Positions 19,046 to 29,856 of a stretch of 64,000 nt of DNA are shown piece by piece (positions within the stretch are counted from its first letter, which is position 1; each line of letters opens with the position of its first letter). The DNA is taken from the NCBI GenBank assembly GCA_031414775.1, contig JANOQI010000048.1:32001-96000 (forward strand), given 5' to 3'. A program made the position numbers and the translations under genes. This DNA is from Synechococcales cyanobacterium VAR_4_metabat_354. Its GTDB lineage: Bacteria; Cyanobacteriota; Cyanobacteriia; Cyanobacteriales; Chamaesiphonaceae. Under the pieces are notes generated by a model. It had not been told where the DNA came from and searched no databases. It saw only the letters and a program-made list of their open reading frames with translations.

Positions 19046-19699
19046 TTAGGTGCCAAACACTCGATCGCCGACATCGCCTAGCCCAGGCACGACAAAACCG
19101 CGATCATTGAGGCTTTCATCAATCATAGCGGCATAAATTTGCAGTGCGGGGTAATCGATCGCCAATTTTTGCAACGCCGGAGCTGCCACCACAACACTAA
19201 TGATTCTAATCTGGCTCGGATCAGCTCCCCGCTTGGTTAGTTCAATCAGCACTTGTCTGATCGTCCCGCCAGTGGCTAGCATTGGTTCGGCAATCAAAAT
19301 ATGGGCGCTAGCCGGAATGTGGTGGGGCAGTTTGTTGAGATAACAAGTAGGTTGCAGAGTTTCTTCATCGCGGGCAAAGCCCAAATGAAAAACACTGGCT
19401 TCTAGGGGCAAAACCGACTGAATGCCTTCCATGAGGCTCAAACCTGCCCGCAAAATTGGGACGATTACCAGCGGGGTTTGGGGATTAATAAAAGTGGCGA
19501 TGGTTTCGCCAACCGGTGTGGTGACTGGGATATCGATCGTCGGCAGCCAGTCGCGAATGGCTTCATAAGTCAGCCATTTGCCCAACTCGGCCATTGCTTG
19601 TCCAAAGACCTTAGAAGGGGTTTCAGCGCCGCGAGCAATTCCCAACCAGTGCTTAATCAGGGGATGAGGCGGTACAAAAATACGCAGCTGGTTGGCCAT
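19046..19699 (-). CDS. upp: Uracil phosphoribosyltransferase
   Basis: HPLIKHWL, VPILRAG, PMLATGGT, VPGLGDVGDR; ATG 19699 behind GGGAG. Confidence 0.95.
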   Translation of the reverse strand: MANQLRIFVPPHPLIKHWLGIARGAETPSKVFGQAMAELGKWLTYEAIRDWLPTIDIPVTTPVGETIATFINPQTPLVIVPILRAGLSLMEGIQSVLPLEASVFHLGFARDEETLQPTCYLNKLPHHIPASAHILIAEPMLATGGTIRQVLIELTKRGADPSQIRIISVVVAAPALQKLAIDYPALQIYAAMIDESLNDRGFVVPGLGDVGDRVFGT

Positions 19700-19818
19700 A
19701 GATACTCCCAAAAACAAATCCTAATTTAGCATGGCAGCGGCTTCACTGCTGGCTAGGGATGTTTAGAGCTAGAATAGTGCAGCTGATCTTTAATAAAATT
19801 TAAATATTTTAAGTTAAT

Positions 19819-20427
19819 ATGCCGATCACTCCTGGTGAAAGCGAAGCTATCAAAAAACCGGCGGCTACTACCGGTCGAATTCCACTATTGACCCGGCTGT
19901 GGCGCGTCTGGGGTGAAAATATCCAAATCCTGGTAGTGGCGCTGTTATTAGCTTTTTTAATTCGGACTTTTATCGCGGAACCGCGCTTTATTCCCTCTGC
20001 TTCGATGTTACCTACTTTGCAGCTGGGCGATCGATTGGTGGTCGAAAAGATTTCTTATCAGTTGCATCCGCCGGAGCGCTTCGATATTGCGGTCTTTAGG
20101 GTACCGCCACAATTGCAACAAGATGGCTACCAATCGGATCAAGCATTTATTAAAAGGGTGATTGGGGTACCTGGCGATCGAATTGCCATCCAAAAAGGAT
20201 GGGTGTATCTCAATGGTGAGCCGCTCTCGGAATCTTATATCGCCGAGACACCTAAATTGGAAGATCTGCCGACGGTAACGGTACCAGCCAACCAACTATT
20301 TATGATGGGTGACAATCGCAATAACAGTAATGATTCCCGCTATTGGGGTTTTCTGCCGCTGAAAAATGTCATTGGTAAGGCGGTATTTAAGTTCTTTCCG
20401 TTCGATCGAATTGGCGGGCTAGGATAA
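19819..20427 (+). CDS. lepB: Signal peptidase I
   Basis: IPSASMLPTL (Ser), FIKRVIG (Lys), GDNRNNSNDSR. Confidence 0.95.
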   Translation: MPITPGESEAIKKPAATTGRIPLLTRLWRVWGENIQILVVALLLAFLIRTFIAEPRFIPSASMLPTLQLGDRLVVEKISYQLHPPERFDIAVFRVPPQLQQDGYQSDQAFIKRVIGVPGDRIAIQKGWVYLNGEPLSESYIAETPKLEDLPTVTVPANQLFMMGDNRNNSNDSRYWGFLPLKNVIGKAVFKFFPFDRIGGLG

Positions 20428-20571
20428 AGATAGCATCTACGATCTGTGTTCACCTCAGGCACTTTGAATTTGATCAACGCTCTTCATCTATTATTTAAAG
20501 CACTGTATTTTTTGCTCTGAATACATGAATAATCTTCAGCCTTGATTAACCTGTAACGATCGTACAGTTCT

Positions 20572-21129
20572 TCAGGAAGCATTTAAATCTAGCAAACCAG
20601 CTGGGGGCGTGATTTCAATCCGCCGTTGCGCCATATCCACCACCGGTACAATTTCTGGCACAAACGGAATCCAGACTTCTTTAGTCGCTGTTTTGACCAC
20701 CAACAAATCATGGCCAAGGGAGACCAAATCCTTCACTATCCCCACTTGTTCACCCGTGGCTTGCAAAAATACCGGCAGATCAATTAAATCAGCCACATGA
20801 TATTCCCCAGCACCTAAAGCTAACCTGTCGGCAGCTGGGACTACCAACATTTTGTTCCGCAAAGATTCGGCCTGTTGGCGGTTATCGATCGCCTTCAACT
20901 TCACCACATACATATCCTTCCCCGGCAGGCCATAACCGCGCTGGAGTTGTACCGACTCCGGCTCCGCTTGGTTGTTGCTATATAACCAGCGCTCGCCAGC
21001 CACCTCAAATCGTTCGGGGAAGTCACTGTGCGGGTACACTCGCACTTCTCCCTTCAAGCCCTGCGGCGCCACAATCGTGCCGATTTCCATCCAGCCCGGT
21101 GGCGGTATTAGTTTGTTGATGGAAAGCAT
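20572..21129 (-). CDS. rimM: Ribosome maturation factor RimM
   Basis: [45 protein letters not shown]. Confidence 0.95.
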   Translation of the reverse strand: MLSINKLIPPPGWMEIGTIVAPQGLKGEVRVYPHSDFPERFEVAGERWLYSNNQAEPESVQLQRGYGLPGKDMYVVKLKAIDNRQQAESLRNKMLVVPAADRLALGAGEYHVADLIDLPVFLQATGEQVGIVKDLVSLGHDLLVVKTATKEVWIPFVPEIVPVVDMAQRRIEITPPAGLLDLNAS

Positions 21130-21131
21130 AG

Positions 21132-22946
21132 TTAAAAGTTACTGTAGTTATTCAAGGCTTGGAGCAGTCGATCGTGCACCGTGGCGACGGGCATCGCCCC
21201 TAGTTCCCCATCAGCACGGGTGCGAATGCTGACGGTGCGGTTCTCCACTTCATTAGCACCAATTACGCCGACCACCGGAATCTTGGATTTCTCGGCATTG
21301 CGAATCATCTTGCCTAAGCGCTCGTTACTGTTATCAACTTCAGCCCGCACTCCAACTGCTAGTAGTTGTTGACAAACTTCTTGGGCAAAAGGGGCAAAGT
21401 CGTGCGCCACTGGTACCAAACGCACTTGAACTGGTGCTAGCCACAGCGGGAAATCGCCAGCATATTCTTCAATCAAAATGCCAATCAGTCGTTCTAAGGA
21501 ACCAAATGGTGCCCGGTGAATCATTACTGGTCGCTGGCGGCTGCTGTCTTCAGAAACATATTCCAATTCAAAGCGTTCTGGCAAGTTATAGTCTACCTGA
21601 ACAGTACCGAGCTGCCATTCCCGCTCTAGGACATCTTGGAAAATAAAGTCGAGCTTGGGTCCATAGAATGCCGCCTCGCCAATGCCTTCAAAATGATCCA
21701 GACCGAGGGTTTCTACTGCCCGCCGAATGGCACCCTGGGCTTTTTCCCAAGCATCATCAGAGCCGATATATTTATCTTTCAGCTCGGGATCGCGGAAGCT
21801 CAATCTGGCTTTGAATTTTTTCAAATTCAGGGCTTTGAATACCTGTAAAATCAAATCCACCACATTCAAGAACTCAGCATCTAATTGCTCAGGCGTGACA
21901 AACAAGTGGGAATCATCCACCGTAAAGCCCCGCACCCGAGTTAGACCACCTAATTCGCCAGACTGTTCATAGCGATAAACCGTGCCAAACTCGGCCAACC
22001 GCATTGGTAATTCCCGATAGGAACGTAGCTCATTCTTATAGATTTGAATATGAAAAGGACAGTTCATCGGTTTTATCACAAAGCCCTGCTCTGCTGCCTT
22101 AGCCGCTTCGTCCTCGGCCATCATCGGAAACATGTCTTCTTGGTACTTTTGCCAGTGCCCAGAAATTTTAAACAGATCGACCTTGGCAATATGTGGCGTG
22201 ACCACTTGGAGATAGCCGCGTTTCACCTGTTCTTTTTTTAAGAAATCTTCTAGGGTCGATCGCAAGATCGTGCCCTTTGGAGTCCAGAGCGGCAGCCCCG
22301 CCCCCACCGAGTCTGAGAAGATGAACAGACCAAGCTCTTTACCTAATTTGCGATGATCACGCTTCAGGGCTTCTTCCTTGCGGCGCTTATACTCGGCCAG
22401 CTGTTCGGGAGTTTCCCAGGCGGTGCCATAGATGCGTTGGAGTTGGGCTTTGGTTTCATCGCCGCGCCAGTAGGCTCCGGCCACGCTTTCTAGTTCGATC
22501 GCCTTTGGATTTAACTCACCAGTATTTTCTACATGGGGACCAGCACACAGATCCCACCATTTATCGCCCAAATGATAGATGGTAATCGGTTCGGTTTTAA
22601 TATCAGCCAGTATTTCAGCTTTGTAAGGCTCATTAATTTCTTGAATCCGCGCCGCCGCCGCTTCCCGTGTGACTTCTTCTCGGATTACTGGCAGTTTTTG
22701 GTTGATGATCTTGATCATTTCCTTTTTGATGGACTTCAAATCCGCTTCCGTAAAAGCTTCAGGCACGTCAAAATCGTAATAAAAACCGTTATCAATCCAG
22801 GGTCCGATTGTCACCTGCGCTTTGGGGAAAAGCTTTTGCACCGCCATTGCCATTACATGGGAGGTGGTATGTCTAATTTTCTTAAGACTATCGGACTCGT
22901 TAGTCTTGGGTAGATAGATTGATTCTGGCTGGTCAGCAATAGACAT
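21132..22946 (-). CDS. thrS: Threonine--tRNA ligase
   Basis: [39 protein letters not shown]; start set at ATG 22946. Confidence 0.97.
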   Translation of the reverse strand: MSIADQPESIYLPKTNESDSLKKIRHTTSHVMAMAVQKLFPKAQVTIGPWIDNGFYYDFDVPEAFTEADLKSIKKEMIKIINQKLPVIREEVTREAAAARIQEINEPYKAEILADIKTEPITIYHLGDKWWDLCAGPHVENTGELNPKAIELESVAGAYWRGDETKAQLQRIYGTAWETPEQLAEYKRRKEEALKRDHRKLGKELGLFIFSDSVGAGLPLWTPKGTILRSTLEDFLKKEQVKRGYLQVVTPHIAKVDLFKISGHWQKYQEDMFPMMAEDEAAKAAEQGFVIKPMNCPFHIQIYKNELRSYRELPMRLAEFGTVYRYEQSGELGGLTRVRGFTVDDSHLFVTPEQLDAEFLNVVDLILQVFKALNLKKFKARLSFRDPELKDKYIGSDDAWEKAQGAIRRAVETLGLDHFEGIGEAAFYGPKLDFIFQDVLEREWQLGTVQVDYNLPERFELEYVSEDSSRQRPVMIHRAPFGSLERLIGILIEEYAGDFPLWLAPVQVRLVPVAHDFAPFAQEVCQQLLAVGVRAEVDNSNERLGKMIRNAEKSKIPVVGVIGANEVENRTVSIRTRADGELGAMPVATVHDRLLQALNNYSNF

Positions 22947-23125
22947 TGGAGCGAGATTCCCTGCAACTTTAAATCCAGTATCTATTCTAACCTCTCTGGC
23001 CAGATCTCTAAATCTCTGGTTAGCACTGAACCGGTAGATCAAAAGATACTGATCGGCAGCCATCATTTTAAGAATTGTAAAAAAGGTTAGAATATGACCT
23101 AATAACAATCGCCATATTAAATGCA

Positions 23126-23458
23126 ATGCCTCCCTCTCATCCCTCCGAACAAGATTTGCTAAAAACTATACTCCAACCACTCTTGGAAGATTTTAAACAT
23201 TGGTTTTCTCGATCGATCAGTTTATTAGAAAGCGAGCGAATTAGTTTTTTAAGTGAATCCGAGCAAAACGAACTACTAGCTGAGGTCAAAAATGCCTGCC
23301 AAGAAGTTAGCGTGGCGCAAATGCTCTTTAATGCCACCGATAGTCAAGTAGGCATTGAACCTAGTACCATGCTGACATGGCATAAAATAGTAGGAGAATG
23401 TTGGCGAGTTGCGACGTTATTTCGCCAGCTCCAGTCAGCCAAGGCAGATCAAGGTTAG
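23126..23458 (+). CDS. DUF2605-like cyanobacterial protein
   Basis: LLKTILQPLLEDFKHWF..S..LL and WH..V.ECW pattern. Confidence 0.8.
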   Translation: MPPSHPSEQDLLKTILQPLLEDFKHWFSRSISLLESERISFLSESEQNELLAEVKNACQEVSVAQMLFNATDSQVGIEPSTMLTWHKIVGECWRVATLFRQLQSAKADQG

Positions 23459-23495
23459 ACCAGCTTCACAATTACCAAAATAACTATCTTTAAAT

Positions 23496-23798
23496 ATGCT
23501 CCACATCCTTTACCTAATCGCATTTACTATTTTGGCGTTTTTGGCGATCGGCAATCTGATCAGGAACTTGGTGCAGTTCAGTGTAGATTCTCAGCGCTAC
23601 TATGCCCCCACCCAGGCCATGCAGCAGCAATCAGCCCCTCATCCGGAGCTACTGGACGAGGCTGGTCGTCTGACCAATGAACCATTGCTGGTGATGAAGT
23701 CTATTACTGTTGATGAGGCTCGCGCTCGTCTGGATGCCCTCTATAACGATTTGCCCAGCTACAATAGCTCATCCGATACCGAAGAAAGTGCTAGCTAG
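23496..23798 (+). CDS. DUF2973-like cyanobacterial membrane protein
   Basis: MLHILYLIAF TM segment, PHPELLD, EPLLVM, RLDALY. Confidence 0.8.
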   Translation: MLHILYLIAFTILAFLAIGNLIRNLVQFSVDSQRYYAPTQAMQQQSAPHPELLDEAGRLTNEPLLVMKSITVDEARARLDALYNDLPSYNSSSDTEESAS

Positions 23799-24475
23799 GC
23801 AGACACATTAGAGGCTGCTAACTTGCTCAAAATATCAACCCACTGGTAACCAGCTAAGCTCGGCAGCACTAAATCGGCGAAACTCAGTCTCTCTGGCGGA
23901 CCAACTCCTACTACCTTCATCCCAGCCGCTAGTGCGGCCAATACACCAGCAGCAGCATCTTCAAAGACCAAACAATGCGCTGGTTCTACCTGAAGTAGAG
24001 CGGCGGCTTTTAGAAAAACATCTGGAGCTGGTTTAAACTTAGTAACGCTGTGACCATCAGCGACTTGCTCAAATAGGTGCCGAACTTCTAAGCGCTGGAG
24101 TACAAATTCGGCATTCTTACTGGAAGAACCTAAAGCAATCCGAATTTGTTGGGCTTGTAGTTCAGCTAGCAAATCAGCTACTCCGGGCAGAAGTTGACTA
24201 CTATCTAAGGATTTAACTAGTTCGAGATAATAACTATTTTTGCGATCGAGCATGTCCTGCTTCAGCTCAGCACTAATGATCCGATCGCCTAGCAACCGAT
24301 TTACGCTATCTTCCCGATTCATCCCCAAAATTTGTTCGTACTTAGACTTATTAAAGGGAATACCTTGATCATCAGCGACCTGTTGCCAAGAGCGATAATG
24401 CAGATCGATCGTATCCGCTAAAACACCATCCAGGTCAAAAATAACCGCAGCAATCTGGGGCATTGTCTCAGGCAT
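23795..24475 (-). CDS. pgmB: Beta-phosphoglucomutase-like HAD hydrolase
   Basis: IFDLDGVLADT, SSSKNA, KPAPDVFL, FEDA..G; start at 24475 or 24463. Confidence 0.78.
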   Translation of the reverse strand: MPETMPQIAAVIFDLDGVLADTIDLHYRSWQQVADDQGIPFNKSKYEQILGMNREDSVNRLLGDRIISAELKQDMLDRKNSYYLELVKSLDSSQLLPGVADLLAELQAQQIRIALGSSSKNAEFVLQRLEVRHLFEQVADGHSVTKFKPAPDVFLKAAALLQVEPAHCLVFEDAAAGVLAALAAGMKVVGVGPPERLSFADLVLPSLAGYQWVDILSKLAASNVSA

Positions 24476-24923
24476 AAACCAATTCAGGGGTGAGTTTTTC
24501 CCAGCGAAAATAGCGTTCGCCTCCCAATTCCACAATCACTTTCACTTGAGGTATCAGCTGCGGCAAAGTAGACAAATATCCCAGCTCTTCCCCTGACAAA
24601 ATGTGTCCATCCACCAACCATAGAACCAGACCTTTGGAAGTAGCTGGCAAATAGTCCAGCTGGGTTTGGATGACTGGTGGCACATGATAAACGCGGATGT
24701 CTTTTTTGCCTAGGTGTGCCGGACGCACCGTATGAATACCGGTCAAAAATGCTGATAGATCGCCCAGACCCCGAGCCAGCAATCTACTACTATCATAGCC
24801 AGTAGCCCTCAGCCGCCGCTGATAGCGACCTTCATAACCACCTTCTAGAGGGGAGTAGACCCCTAAAGAACCATGCTGTTCTAAGTCGCGGATGAATGAT
24901 TTACCAGTTGTTAGTAATGGCAC
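24468..24923 (-). CDS. ndhN: NAD(P)H-quinone oxidoreductase subunit N
   Basis: LLTTGKSFIRDLE, PLEGGYEGRYQRRLRATGY, ARGLGDL, RPAHLGK. Confidence 0.95.
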   Translation of the reverse strand: MPLLTTGKSFIRDLEQHGSLGVYSPLEGGYEGRYQRRLRATGYDSSRLLARGLGDLSAFLTGIHTVRPAHLGKKDIRVYHVPPVIQTQLDYLPATSKGLVLWLVDGHILSGEELGYLSTLPQLIPQVKVIVELGGERYFRWEKLTPELVYA

Positions 24924-25061
24924 GGTTTGACCTTTTTTCTCGATGTAGAGCTGACGTAGTAATCTGCAAAATCTTCTAGCCTACATTATGCCATCTGCGC
25001 TGGCTCTTGACAGGATCAGGTAGAGATTTTATGATGGAAACCTTGGTTAAAGCAACCATTT

Positions 25062-25145
25062 GCAGGACTGGCGGAATTGGTAGACGCGCTAGATTCAGGT
25101 TCTAGTGTTCGCAAGGACTTCCGAGTTCGAGTCTCGGGTTCTGCA
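25062..25145 (+). tRNA. trnL: tRNA-Leu (anticodon CAG)
   Basis: GCAGGACTGGCGGAATTGGTAGACGCGCTAGATTCAGGTTCTAG..long variable arm..GTTCGAGTCTCGGGTTCTGCA. Confidence 0.96.
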
Positions 25146-25160
25146 CTTCATTCAAGCAAC

Positions 25161-25202
25161 AAAATAGGAGGACAGGTACATAACCTGTCCTCCTATTTTT
25201 TT
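25161..25202. terminator. Bidirectional terminator between tRNA-Leu and the wzc-like gene
   Basis: Perfect 17-bp inverted repeat AAAATAGGAGGACAGGT-acata-ACCTGTCCTCCTATTTT with A/T runs. Confidence 0.85.
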
Positions 25203-25227
25203 AACTACCCATCAATGAGTGTCTTCA

Positions 25228-27450
25228 TTAATTAGTAATATTATTTTTAGTTTCATCCACTAACACCGCAGTGATCGTCGTCGGAGTATGGTCTGTACCG
25301 TTAGTACTGTAGTAGTAATCCTTAAAACGTTTGCCAGGATCTACCTTGACATCATTAAGAACCATGCCCAAAACATTTTGGCCAGACTGAGTCAGAATCT
25401 CATTACAGGTATCGATCGAATCCTTATCAGCCACCCCAGGACGACAGACAAAAACAAGACCATTAGATTGTTTCGAGAGAATTGTGGCATCCGCCGCTAC
25501 AGTCAATGGTGGCGCATCAATAATCACCACATCGAAATCTCTTGACCATTCTGCTATTAAAACGCCCATCTGTGATGAATCGATTAAAGCAACTGGGTTA
25601 GGTGGAATGACACCAGCTGTCAACAGATACAAATTGGGATCTAGTTCAATAACCGCATCCTCAAAACTGATTTGCCCTGTCAGCACACTACTTAAACCAA
25701 CATTGGGATCTTGGCGCCAAATGCGATGTTGAGATGGCTTCCGCATATCAGCATCAACCAAAAGCACTCTCCGACCTAGCTCTGATGTGACAATTGCTAG
25801 GTTAGCTGCGACCGTGGATTTGCCTTCCCGAGGCCGAGAACTAGACATCACCAATACTTTGACTTGATTGTCAGCATTGAGGAAACGCAAATTGGTTTGC
25901 AGTGAGCGAAATGCTTCTTTTTCCATATCGCTACCAGCATTCTTGTGAATCGACTTATGCAAGTTAGTCGATTGGCCAAACAGCAATTTGGTAGTAACGA
26001 TTAGGTCTTTCTGCTCAAATCCAGGAATAATACCCAAAACTGGAAATTCTGGTAACAAATCACGAGCTTCTTGAGCCGTTTTAATTCGTCGATCAAAACT
26101 ATCCAAGACAAAAGCTGTGGCCGCACCCAAAATCAGTCCTAAAAGTACTCCGACACTGATACTTTGCTCCAACTTCGCTGAAATTTTCTCATTCTCGCCC
26201 GGCAGAGTCGCTGGTACCACCACCGATACATTTCCAGTATTTTGGTTTTCAGCAATTTTAAACTCTTGTAACCGAGCTAAAAGTGTCTTGTAGGTGGTCA
26301 CCGACACTTCTACACCCCTGCCCAAATCCCGCATCTGTTGTTCTAGCTGGGGAAGTTTTTGAATTCTGCTGCTATAGCCAGCTGCTACAGACTTTAGTGA
26401 TTCCAGCTTTTTCTCTAGACTACTCTTCTCTGCAACCGCTTTTGCATAATCAGAAATCATCGATTCCTGAATCCCTTTGGATTGCAAATCTACGATTTGA
26501 CTTTGGTTGCGACCGCCAATCAAAGTTCCTTTGATGCGCTTTTGAAGATCGGCTTTCAGAGCCTGTTCTTTGGCTTGTAGGTCTTGAATATTAGGACTAT
26601 TATCTGTGAAGCGAGCACGCTCCTCTACCAATTTTTTTTGGACTGCTTGTAGGGACACCAGCGAATCTCTGACCCCAGGTGTCTCACTCACTAAACCGAT
26701 GCGGGTATTAGTTTGAACATCAACGCCCAAAACTTCTTGCATTCTTCCCACTCGGGCAGATTCAGCCGATAGCTCACCTTGAGCAGTGGTAATTTCTTTA
26801 CTAAGTTCAGTAAAGATTTCCACTGACTTGGTAGCTTCAGCAGTGAGATCCACTACGCCTTCTTTCTCTCTGAATAATCGGAGATTATTCTCAGCTTTTC
26901 TTACCTTTGCTTCTACTTCTGGCAATTGTTGCTCGACAAAAGACCGAGCAGCTCTGGTGTCCGATCGCTGGGCATTTAAGTCTCTTTGCACGTACAAAGA
27001 TATAACTTTATTTATTACCTGCTGGTTTGTTTCTCGGTTAGGACCTTGATAAGAGACTTCCAAAATCTCAGTTCCTTTGACATTGGCCACCTTGAAATTA
27101 GCAGCGAATTGTTCAGGTGTCATCGGCTCACCTTTACGATCCTTCAACTGTAGAGAATTGATCGTATCTTGCATAATTGGCAAGGATTTTACAACTTCTA
27201 CTTGAGTGCTCATCGGATTATTCAGAGCACTATCAGCACCACCGCCAGTCAAATTCTCTATCTTGGATAGTCCTTCCAATAAACCAGACGATTTAGTAGA
27301 CTTCTTGATCTGTACTTGTGCTTTAGATTGATAATTCGGTGGCTGGCGAATAGCATATATGGTCACAAGCAAAGTGGTAAACGCCAGTACCAGAGATGCT
27401 GGTAACCAACGTCTTCTCAAGATTAAGCTATATCGTAAGATTTCTTCCAT
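25228..27450 (-). CDS. wzc: Wzc/GumC-type polysaccharide co-polymerase with tyrosine autokinase domain
   Basis: Two TM segments around a coiled-coil region; EAFRSLQTNL, SSRPREGKST, VDADMRKP, IIDAPP, C-terminal DYYY. Confidence 0.88.
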   Translation of the reverse strand: MEEILRYSLILRRRWLPASLVLAFTTLLVTIYAIRQPPNYQSKAQVQIKKSTKSSGLLEGLSKIENLTGGGADSALNNPMSTQVEVVKSLPIMQDTINSLQLKDRKGEPMTPEQFAANFKVANVKGTEILEVSYQGPNRETNQQVINKVISLYVQRDLNAQRSDTRAARSFVEQQLPEVEAKVRKAENNLRLFREKEGVVDLTAEATKSVEIFTELSKEITTAQGELSAESARVGRMQEVLGVDVQTNTRIGLVSETPGVRDSLVSLQAVQKKLVEERARFTDNSPNIQDLQAKEQALKADLQKRIKGTLIGGRNQSQIVDLQSKGIQESMISDYAKAVAEKSSLEKKLESLKSVAAGYSSRIQKLPQLEQQMRDLGRGVEVSVTTYKTLLARLQEFKIAENQNTGNVSVVVPATLPGENEKISAKLEQSISVGVLLGLILGAATAFVLDSFDRRIKTAQEARDLLPEFPVLGIIPGFEQKDLIVTTKLLFGQSTNLHKSIHKNAGSDMEKEAFRSLQTNLRFLNADNQVKVLVMSSSRPREGKSTVAANLAIVTSELGRRVLLVDADMRKPSQHRIWRQDPNVGLSSVLTGQISFEDAVIELDPNLYLLTAGVIPPNPVALIDSSQMGVLIAEWSRDFDVVIIDAPPLTVAADATILSKQSNGLVFVCRPGVADKDSIDTCNEILTQSGQNVLGMVLNDVKVDPGKRFKDYYYSTNGTDHTPTTITAVLVDETKNNITN

Positions 27451-27757
27451 GAGTAAATTAGAATTGGGGTTAGTTGGAAATTAGTGCTGTTGAAGATTTA
27501 CTGGAATCCTCATAAAATGAATTCCATGCTACTCTCCAACCTTGATTATATCTAAAGACTTTGATGATCTACATCATGTATGTGGCTGATCCCAAAATTT
27601 AGTCGGCAAATTAGGGTGAGCCGTCAGCGGCTTAGCCCAACCGCTTGTAACTGTGTTTTTTTGTTAATTTCTTGCAAAGAAAAAACTCTCAGACTGGATG
27701 ATGAGCGGAAGATATATTTGACTCAATTCTTCACACAATTATAAAAAGGCATATCAA

Positions 27758-28813
27758 ATGACTGGTGATAATCAAACTCCTTTGCTTTTACGTGCGGCTC
27801 GGGGGGAAACAGTCGAACGTACTCCTGTGTGGATGATGCGTCAAGCTGGCCGCTACATGAAGGTCTATCGCGATTTGCGAGAAAAGTATCCTTCATTTCG
27901 CGATAGGTCAGAAATCCCCGAGGTAGCGATCGAGGTTTCCCTACAACCATGGAAAGCATTTCAGCCAGATGGCGTGATTCTATTTTCAGATATTGTTACC
28001 CCTCTGCCAGGTTTGGGGATTGATATGGACATCGCCGAAGGGAAAGGACCGATTATTCACGCACCGCTGCGCACTGCTGCCCAAATCGAGGCTTTGCACC
28101 CCCTTGAACCATCGGAGACCATGCCGTTCATCCAAACAATTCTGAAATCTTTGCGGCAAGAAGTTGGTAACAAAGCGACGGTGCTAGGCTTTGTTGGCGC
28201 ACCTTGGACGCTCGCCGCTTATGCAGTGGAAGGTAAAGGATCGAAGAATTACGAGACGATCAAAGGAATGGCTTTTAGCGAGCCGGCTCTCTTGCACAAG
28301 TTACTATCCAAAATTGCCGATGCGATCGCAGTGTACGTGCGTTATCAAATCGACAGCGGCGCTCAAGTAGTCCAAATGTTCGATTCCTGGGCGGGTTACC
28401 TTAGTCCTCAAGACTATGCTGTTTTTGCCTTGCCCTACCAACAACAGGTATTTAGACAGGTGAAAGAAACTCACCCCGATACACCATTGATTTTACTGGT
28501 GACTGGCAGCGGCGGCATCCTAGAAATGATGGGTGAATCTGGTTGTGATATGGTCAGCCTGGACTGGACTGTAGATATGGCAGTCGGTCGCCAACGCATT
28601 GGCGCTCACATTGGCGCTCAAGGCAATATGGACCCTTGCGCCCTCTATGCACCACAGAGTTTTATTCAGGAGCGCATTCTAGACACCATGCGGAAGGCCG
28701 GTAGCCATAAACATATTATGAATTTGGGTCATGGGGTTTTACCAACAACACCCGAAGACAATGTGCGGTTCTTCTTTGAGACTGCCAAAAATGCTAAGGC
28801 TTTGATGGGTTAA
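27758..28813 (+). CDS. hemE: Uroporphyrinogen decarboxylase
   Basis: [33 protein letters not shown]. Confidence 0.97.
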   Translation: MTGDNQTPLLLRAARGETVERTPVWMMRQAGRYMKVYRDLREKYPSFRDRSEIPEVAIEVSLQPWKAFQPDGVILFSDIVTPLPGLGIDMDIAEGKGPIIHAPLRTAAQIEALHPLEPSETMPFIQTILKSLRQEVGNKATVLGFVGAPWTLAAYAVEGKGSKNYETIKGMAFSEPALLHKLLSKIADAIAVYVRYQIDSGAQVVQMFDSWAGYLSPQDYAVFALPYQQQVFRQVKETHPDTPLILLVTGSGGILEMMGESGCDMVSLDWTVDMAVGRQRIGAHIGAQGNMDPCALYAPQSFIQERILDTMRKAGSHKHIMNLGHGVLPTTPEDNVRFFFETAKNAKALMG

Positions 28814-28828
28814 ATCTGCTCAATCAAA

Positions 28829-28878
28829 ATTTTAAGGGCAGTGGGTTTCGACTACGTTCAACCCACTGCCCTTAAAAT
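28829..28878. repeat. Perfect 19-bp inverted repeat (stem-loop) after hemE
   Basis: ATTTTAAGGGCAGTGGGTT-tcgactacgttc-AACCCACTGCCCTTAAAAT. Confidence 0.85.
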
Positions 28879-28905
28879 GTTTTTACTGTCTTCTTTATTT
28901 TTGCT

Positions 28906-29856
28906 ATGCGTATTCTGGTGACTGGGGCAAGCGGCGGTGTTGGTCATTATGTCAGTGAGACATTTATCAACAACACCGATCATGAGTTGTTTTTGATGAT
29001 GCGCAGCCCAGCCAAATTTCAGCTAGATCCTCAAGTCCGAGCCGGGGTGAACATTGTCACTGCCGATATGAAGCAGATTGGCGATCAAGCAGCGCTGTTA
29101 CAAACGATCGATGTGGCAATCTTGACGGCAGCTAGTTGGGGTGGCCAAGATGCCTTTGATGTGAATTATACCAAGACCCACGAGTTACTCAGCTTGCTTA
29201 ATCCCCAGGTTTGTCAGCAGGTCATTTATTTCTCTACGGCGAGTGTTTTGAATCGCCAGAATCAGCTTCTACCAGAGGCCGGTCAGATTGGCACCGACTA
29301 TATCAAGTCCAAGTATCAGTGCTTTTCGACTTTAGGTGAGTTGGCGATCGCCGATCGTATCACTACTGTATTTCCGACGCTGGTGCTGGGCGGCGACGAA
29401 AATAAGCCCTATTCTTTCCTCTCCGCCGACTTACCAGATGTGACCAAATATGCTGGATTGCTACGCTGGATTAAGGCCGAGGGCAGCTTTCACTTTATCC
29501 ATGGTCAAGATATTGCCGCAGTGGTACGTTATTTAGTGGAGCATCCCGAAGTTGCGGATAAGTACGATCGCAAGGTGGTGATGGGTAATCAGCAAGTGAT
29601 GGTAGAAAAGGGAATTCAAGAAATTTGTGCTTATTTGGGCAAACCGGTAATTTTCCAAGTGCCTTTATCGATCGCCCTCATTAATTTGGTAATTAAGGTC
29701 TTCAGAATTCAAATGGCTGAGTGGGATTATTTCTGTTTGCAAAACCGCCATGAAATTCATTCACCGATTGTTAGTCCGGCCACCTTCGGTCTGCCGGTTT
29801 ATGCCGCCACCCTCAGCGAGGTACTGAGTACTAGAGGTATTAAGCAAGTAGCCTAG
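28906..29856 (+). CDS. NAD-dependent epimerase/dehydratase family protein
   Basis: ILVTGASGGVG, YFSTAS, YIKSK, FHFIH..DIA. Confidence 0.88.
   Translation: MRILVTGASGGVGHYVSETFINNTDHELFLMMRSPAKFQLDPQVRAGVNIVTADMKQIGDQAALLQTIDVAILTAASWGGQDAFDVNYTKTHELLSLLNPQVCQQVIYFSTASVLNRQNQLLPEAGQIGTDYIKSKYQCFSTLGELAIADRITTVFPTLVLGGDENKPYSFLSADLPDVTKYAGLLRWIKAEGSFHFIHGQDIAAVVRYLVEHPEVADKYDRKVVMGNQQVMVEKGIQEICAYLGKPVIFQVPLSIALINLVIKVFRIQMAEWDYFCLQNRHEIHSPIVSPATFGLPVYAATLSEVLSTRGIKQVA

Noticed and set aside
20428..20571. Possible gene fragment between lepB and rimM
   Set aside because: Short interrupted frames with no family I can recognise
22947..23126. 60-aa N-terminal extension of ThrS in the ORF track
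   Set aside because: It spans the divergent promoter region and has no ThrS similarity; the start at 22946 fits better
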